64,000 nucleotides of DNA from an uncultured Christensenellaceae bacterium (GTDB lineage Bacteria > Bacillota > Clostridia > Christensenellales > CAG-1252): contig CAYJBY010000011.1 in the NCBI GenBank assembly GCA_964368645.1, positions 19,239 to 83,238 of the forward strand, in the 5' to 3' direction. Every line of letters begins with the position of its first letter. The stretch's first letter is position 1. Positions 59,242 to 64,000 of this stretch are shown here, piece by piece. A model generated the notes under the pieces. That model saw only the letters and a list, made by a program, of their open reading frames with translations. It searched no databases and was not told the DNA's origin. Made by a program: the position numbers and the translations under genes.

Positions 59242-61447
59242 CCCACGGTATCATAAATATTCCGTTGGTTTGTGCGGATAATCCGTATCTTCTTTCGCCG
59301 TTTACGATTGCGTAGGGAGTAACCTGATATCTTACGATACCGTAACCGCCTACGTCCGTAATTTCCGTTAAACCTTTAGCCTCGGTCAAGTCATTGACCA
59401 ATTCCCTTGAACTGTTGACTACACGGTATATCTCATAGCCGTAACAATCCTCCGCTTCAAAGGAGATAGTTACGCCTGTATTGATTCGCTTTAGCGTTAC
59501 TTCGCCCACGCGAGGCAATTCAAATCTGGTCGAAGCAGGCAGTTTTGCCGCTTTTCCGCATAAGATGGACGCGCGATAAGCGTCAGGCGTATATTCTCCT
59601 GCAAGGGTGAGTATATGCTCGTTTTCCAAGGAATAGGTGTCTATGTTTACCTCGCTCACCGTATTCGGTTGGGGGATAGCCAACGCTGATTTCTTTGTGT
59701 TACTCAAATATTGCTTTGCGATTAAGGTAGGGTAACTTCCTCCCGTAACGCCGTTATCAGGCATTTGTTCCTCGGTCATTGATAGATTTCCCAACCACAT
59801 TACAAAGGTTTCACTTGAAGTGTAGCCTGCGCACCAAGCGTCGGAATTACCGCCTTTTGCGGCGACCGTTCCTGTTTTCGCATACACAGGGAAAGACAAT
59901 GCGGATAGCTTCCTAGCGGTTCCGTCAGTAACTGCATCTCTTAACATTGAGGATAAGAGATATGCGGTGTCGGAGCCTGTAACCGTTTGCTCCTCAACAT
60001 TGCGATTGAAAATCACGTTACCGTTTTTATCGGTTATTTTAACCACGAAATACGGTCTGGCGTAATTACCTTGATTAGCAAAAGTCGCGTAGGCTCCGCT
60101 TAATTCACGCATTGTTGCTCCCGATATTCCGCCTAATGCGAGTGCGAGGTTTTTGTCTGTATCGACCAGCCTTAAACCAAGTCTTTGAGTGTAGTCAAAC
60201 GAGTAATCCAAGCCCACGTATTCCAAAAATTTTACCGCAGGAATATTGTAAGAGTGAGCTAAGGATCGTCGTGCATCCGTCCAACCTGCAAAGGTGCCGC
60301 CGTAATTAGAGGGGGAGTATTCACCGAATGAGGTTTCCTCGTCAAGTATCGGTGTTTCAGGCAGAAGGACACCCTTTTCCAAGCCTGCCGCATAGACAGC
60401 GATGGGCTTGATTACCGAACCCGGCTGTCTGCGCACATTATCGGTATAAATGACAGAATTGCTGAAATATGCGGTAATTTTTCGCGTCTTATTGTCAGTT
60501 ATCATTCCCATTCGATCAGGTGTTGACGAATAAGAATTAAGAGGCAGAAGATCCTCGTTCGACATTGACGAATAGAGATTTTCCTGTGCGGCTCTGTCGC
60601 ACGCGGTAGTTATAACGTAGCCGTTTTTTCGCAACTCTCTTTCGCTTAATCCTGTCAGCTCCGAGGCTTCCTTAATTGCGTTCGCAACGTAAGACGTATA
60701 GATGTTTTTGTCCGCAATATCCGATAGAATTAAATCCTTGTCAACTGCGTTTGCGTATTCCTGTTCGTCAATATAATTTTGTTCGCGCATAAGCCGCAAA
60801 ACGCTGTTCCGTCTTTCTCTGTTCTGTTGCGGATTAAGGAGAGGAGAGTAGGTTGCTGGATTGACAACAACCGCTGCCAAGCTTGCGCTTTCCACAAGAC
60901 TTAATTCGGAAACACTTTTGTTGAAAAAGACATTGGCGGCTTGCTTAACTCCGTAAATCCCGTTGCCGAAATATATTACGTTAAGATACATCGTAAGGAT
61001 TTGTTCCTTGGAGTACTCCTTTTCTAATTCCAACGTGAGCTTTGACTCCTGAAGTTTACGCGTAATCGTTTTTTCGTTGGTCAAATGCGTGTTTTTTATA
61101 AGCTGAGAGGATATGGTCGAAGCGCCTTGTGCAAAGGACATAGTTTTAATATCCTGTATCAACGCACCCCCCAATCTTAAAAAATCGATTCCGTTATGCT
61201 CATAGAAGCGTTTATCCTCTACCGCTATAAAAGAGTTTTTCAAATCTTCAGGAAAATCCGTGTATTCTGATTTTCCGACAGTATTTCCGATAACTCTGTT
61301 ATCCTCGGCGAAAACCGTCAGCTCGTTATCTGCGGTCAGCTTGTCACTGCTTAAACTAACCGCGGTAAAGGTCACTGTTAGGTATATTACCAACGCCGCG
61401 GCAATACATATAGCGGCAGCGGAGAGTATTGCGATAGCTTTTTTCAT
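59234..61447 (-). CDS. Class A penicillin-binding protein (PBP1A/PbpF-like) with FN3-like tail
   Basis: EDKRFYEHNG, GASTISSQL, RKLQE; SVIK, SYN, KTG transpeptidase motifs; start moved to MKKAIAIL. Confidence 0.92.
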   Translation of the reverse strand: MKKAIAILSAAAICIAAALVIYLTVTFTAVSLSSDKLTADNELTVFAEDNRVIGNTVGKSEYTDFPEDLKNSFIAVEDKRFYEHNGIDFLRLGGALIQDIKTMSFAQGASTISSQLIKNTHLTNEKTITRKLQESKLTLELEKEYSKEQILTMYLNVIYFGNGIYGVKQAANVFFNKSVSELSLVESASLAAVVVNPATYSPLLNPQQNRERRNSVLRLMREQNYIDEQEYANAVDKDLILSDIADKNIYTSYVANAIKEASELTGLSERELRKNGYVITTACDRAAQENLYSSMSNEDLLPLNSYSSTPDRMGMITDNKTRKITAYFSNSVIYTDNVRRQPGSVIKPIAVYAAGLEKGVLLPETPILDEETSFGEYSPSNYGGTFAGWTDARRSLAHSYNIPAVKFLEYVGLDYSFDYTQRLGLRLVDTDKNLALALGGISGATMRELSGAYATFANQGNYARPYFVVKITDKNGNVIFNRNVEEQTVTGSDTAYLLSSMLRDAVTDGTARKLSALSFPVYAKTGTVAAKGGNSDAWCAGYTSSETFVMWLGNLSMTEEQMPDNGVTGGSYPTLIAKQYLSNTKKSALAIPQPNTVSEVNIDTYSLENEHILTLAGEYTPDAYRASILCGKAAKLPASTRFELPRVGEVTLKRINTGVTISFEAEDCYGYEIYRVVNSSRELVNDLTEAKGLTEITDVGGYGIVRYQVTPYAIVNGERRYGLSAQTNGIFMIPWVT

Positions 61448-61452
61448 ACCCG

Positions 61453-61481
61453 TAGTATGAGTAAATTGCACAAGACTATAC
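61453..61481 (-). promoter_or_regulatory. SigG-type promoter of the PBP gene, leaderless geometry
   Basis: Minus strand GTATA-17-CATACTA matches the B. subtilis SigG consensus GHATR-N17/18-CATWHTA; ATG after 5 nt. Confidence 0.7.
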
Positions 61482-61545
61482 AATTTTACGGTAATTGCTT
61501 GAATATGTTATCATAAAATGATAAAATATGACAGGAGAAATATTT

Positions 61546-62865
61546 ATGCTAAAATACAAGATTAATACCTACGGTTGCCAAATGAACGTACACGAGTCCG
61601 AAAAACTTGCCGGAATACTATCCGAGCTGGGTTATTCCGCAACGGATAACGATGAGGACGCCAATATTATCCTTTTTAACACCTGTTGTATTCGCGATAC
61701 CGCCGAAAGGCGTATTCTAGGTAATATCGGTGCGCTTAAATCCCTGAAGAAGGAGAAAAAACAGGAACTCTTGATCGCCGTTGTTGGCTGTATGACACAG
61801 CAGAACGGCGCGGCGGAAGCACTGCGCAGAAAATTCCCCTTTGTGGATATAGTTTTGGGAGCCAATAATCTTGAGGAACTGAAAACCGCCGTCACCGAGC
61901 TTAAGAAAAGCTACGTCAGCGTACCTACGGACACGAAACCCGCTGTTATAGAGGGAACTCCCGTTTTGCGTACCAGTTACCCTAACGCTTGGATTAATAT
62001 AATGTACGGTTGCAATAATTTTTGCACCTATTGCATCGTTCCCTACGTCAGAGGAAGGGAACGCTCCCGTTCGCGCACGGCTGTAATCGACGACGTGAAA
62101 AGAGTGCTGGACGAAGGCTATAAGGAGATTACTTTATTAGGTCAAAACGTGGATTCTTACGGCAGTGATTTTACTAACGGCGATAATTTTCTGTCACTTT
62201 TAACAGACGTATCCAAGTTAGACGGCAAATTTCGTTTGCGCTTTATGACCTCTCATCCCAAGGATTTTAATTCGCAGGTGATAGACGTTATCGCGTCTTC
62301 TCACAACATTTGCAACAATATCCATTTGCCTGTTCAGTCGGGCAGTTCGGAAGTCCTTAAGGCAATGAACCGCCGTTATACGCGTGAGAAGTATTTGGAT
62401 ATTATCGATTATATCCGCGGCAAAATTCCCGATTGCGGCATTACGACCGACATTATGATAGGCTTCCCCACCGAAACCGAAAAAGACTTTTTGGAAACGG
62501 TAAGCCTTGTGGAAAGAGTACGTTTTTCCAACGCCTTTACCTTTGTTTATTCTCCGCGAAAGGGTACGCCTGCGGCGGCTATGCCACAGCTTCCCCCTGA
62601 GGTGAAAAAGGAAAGAATCAAGTATCTCGTTGATTTACAAAACCGCATTTCTAAGGAAATCAGCGACGAATACACGGGCAAAACACTGGAAGTTCTTATC
62701 GAGGACGTTAATCCGAAATATGACGGAACGGTTTGCGGTAGGACGGAATCCGGACGTTTGGTTACAGCTAAGGGCGATTCTGCTTTAATCGGCAGTTTCC
62801 AAGACGTCGCTATAACCAAGAACCGCTCGGCGTCGCTGTTTGGCGAGATAAGAGGTGAGAAATGA
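61546..62865 (+). CDS. miaB: tRNA methylthiotransferase MiaB
   Basis: TYGCQMN, NTCCIR, GCNNFCTYCIVP, TSHP, TRAM domain. Confidence 0.96.
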   Translation: MLKYKINTYGCQMNVHESEKLAGILSELGYSATDNDEDANIILFNTCCIRDTAERRILGNIGALKSLKKEKKQELLIAVVGCMTQQNGAAEALRRKFPFVDIVLGANNLEELKTAVTELKKSYVSVPTDTKPAVIEGTPVLRTSYPNAWINIMYGCNNFCTYCIVPYVRGRERSRSRTAVIDDVKRVLDEGYKEITLLGQNVDSYGSDFTNGDNFLSLLTDVSKLDGKFRLRFMTSHPKDFNSQVIDVIASSHNICNNIHLPVQSGSSEVLKAMNRRYTREKYLDIIDYIRGKIPDCGITTDIMIGFPTETEKDFLETVSLVERVRFSNAFTFVYSPRKGTPAAAMPQLPPEVKKERIKYLVDLQNRISKEISDEYTGKTLEVLIEDVNPKYDGTVCGRTESGRLVTAKGDSALIGSFQDVAITKNRSASLFGEIRGEK

Positions 62866-64000
62866 TAATTGACCGTTCAAAGCTATCTCCTATGATGAAG
62901 CACTACTTCGAGATAAAAGAGCAGTACCCCGGCGTGATTATAATGTACCGTCTGGGTGACTTTTACGAGATGTTTTTCGACGATGCGGAGTTGGTTTCAA
63001 GGGAACTGGAAATTACTCTGACAGGGAGAGATTGCGGACTTGAAAGTCGCGCCCCTATGTGCGGCGTGCCTTATCACGCGGTTGATACCTACTTAAGCCG
63101 CTTAATCAACAAGGGCTACAAGGTTGCGATTTGCGAACAGCTTACCAATCCCGGCGAGGGCAAGGGTATGTTAGAACGTGACGTGATTCGCGTTATCACC
63201 CCCGGTACGGTAATCGAGGACACTCTTTTAGACGAGAAAAAAGATAACTATTTAGCATCCGCATTTATTGCAAGCGAAGCGTGCGGTTTCGCTTGGACGG
63301 ATATGTCAACAGGTGAGTTTAATCTGGTGCAATTCGAGGGCGAGGACGCGAGAAAATCTCTGGAAACCTTGCTTAACACTATTCGCCCTGCGGAAATTAT
63401 TTCCAATTCCACCGATCTCGGCGGCATCATTACAGATGAATTAGTATCTGTTTTGCCTAAGGTGAACAGGTATTACGACTGGGCGTTCGGATACGACACC
63501 GCTCTTAAAAAATTGCTTTCGCAGTTAGGCGTAAGCTCCTTAGACTGCTATGAATGTGCGGATAAGGGATATGCTATTGCCGCGGCAGGCGCATTGGTTG
63601 AGTATCTCGGCGACACGCAGAAAAGACCTCTTTGCCATATAGATAAGATTACCTATTATCAATCCACCGACTATATGACTTTGGATTACAACGCAAGGCG
63701 TAATCTTGAACTGACGGAAACCATACGCGACAGGCGCAAGGTCGGTTCTCTGCTTTGGCTTTTGGACAAAACGGTAACCAATATGGGAGCGCGTAATCTG
63801 CGCCGCTGGATTGAGCGTCCTCTGATTAACGCGGAGGAGATTAATTTAAGACTGGACGCTGTGGGAGAGCTGACGAAAAGCGTACGGTTGCGTAACGCCT
63901 TAGCCAAAAATTTGGCTCAAATGTGCGACCTAGAGCGACTTAGCGGAAAGGTTGCTTACGGTAGCGTAAACCCTCGCGGAATGGCGGCGATAGGGGAGTC
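62862..64000 (+). CDS. mutS: DNA mismatch repair protein MutS (3' end runs off the window)
   Basis: SPMMKHY..YRLGDFYEMFFDDA, PMCGVPYHA, VAICEQ, ITPGT; manually translated. Confidence 0.95.
   Translation, partial: MIIDRSKLSPMMKHYFEIKEQYPGVIIMYRLGDFYEMFFDDAELVSRELEITLTGRDCGLESRAPMCGVPYHAVDTYLSRLINKGYKVAICEQLTNPGEGKGMLERDVIRVITPGTVIEDTLLDEKKDNYLASAFIASEACGFAWTDMSTGEFNLVQFEGEDARKSLETLLNTIRPAEIISNSTDLGGIITDELVSVLPKVNRYYDWAFGYDTALKKLLSQLGVSSLDCYECADKGYAIAAAGALVEYLGDTQKRPLCHIDKITYYQSTDYMTLDYNARRNLELTETIRDRRKVGSLLWLLDKTVTNMGARNLRRWIERPLINAEEINLRLDAVGELTKSVRLRNALAKNLAQMCDLERLSGKVAYGSVNPRGMAAIGE

Overview
Core-genome segment of a spore-forming Firmicute (Clostridia-like; taxon inferred from gene content and synteny). 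About 60 CDSs, almost all on the + strand. They cover housekeeping (nadD-yqeK fusion, rsfS, pdp, smc, ftsY, tsaE/tsaB/rimI, icd, thrS, infC-rpmI-rplT, proA, ruvAB, queA/tgt, yajC, secDF, recJ, dtd, hemZ, rpsO, pnp, pheST, mutS2, thiI, miaB, mutS) and sporulation (spoIIAA-AB-sigF, spoVAC/D/E, yunB, a YhcN/YlaJ-like gene, a class A PBP). RNA elements are an FMN riboswitch, a TPP riboswitch, an L20 leader and a probable S15 leader. I found no transposase, integrase, prophage, tRNA, rRNA or true CRISPR array. Best leads: (1) an orphan MalK-like ABC protein with every catalytic motif except Walker A degenerate, overlapping an S41 lipoprotein protease; (2) a thrS leader without a T-box but with a UGU-loop hairpin next to the SD, resembling the E. 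coli tRNA-mimic operator; (3) repeated leaderless promoter geometry for sigma-A and sporulation-sigma genes; (4) an alpha/beta hydrolase apparently starting at ACG, heading a hydrolase-membrane MurF-Ddl module; (5) a minisatellite where Clostridia often carry scfAB, and no apt/rel between recJ and dtd; (6) apparent near-absence of CATG. All calls come from manual reading; no searches were run.
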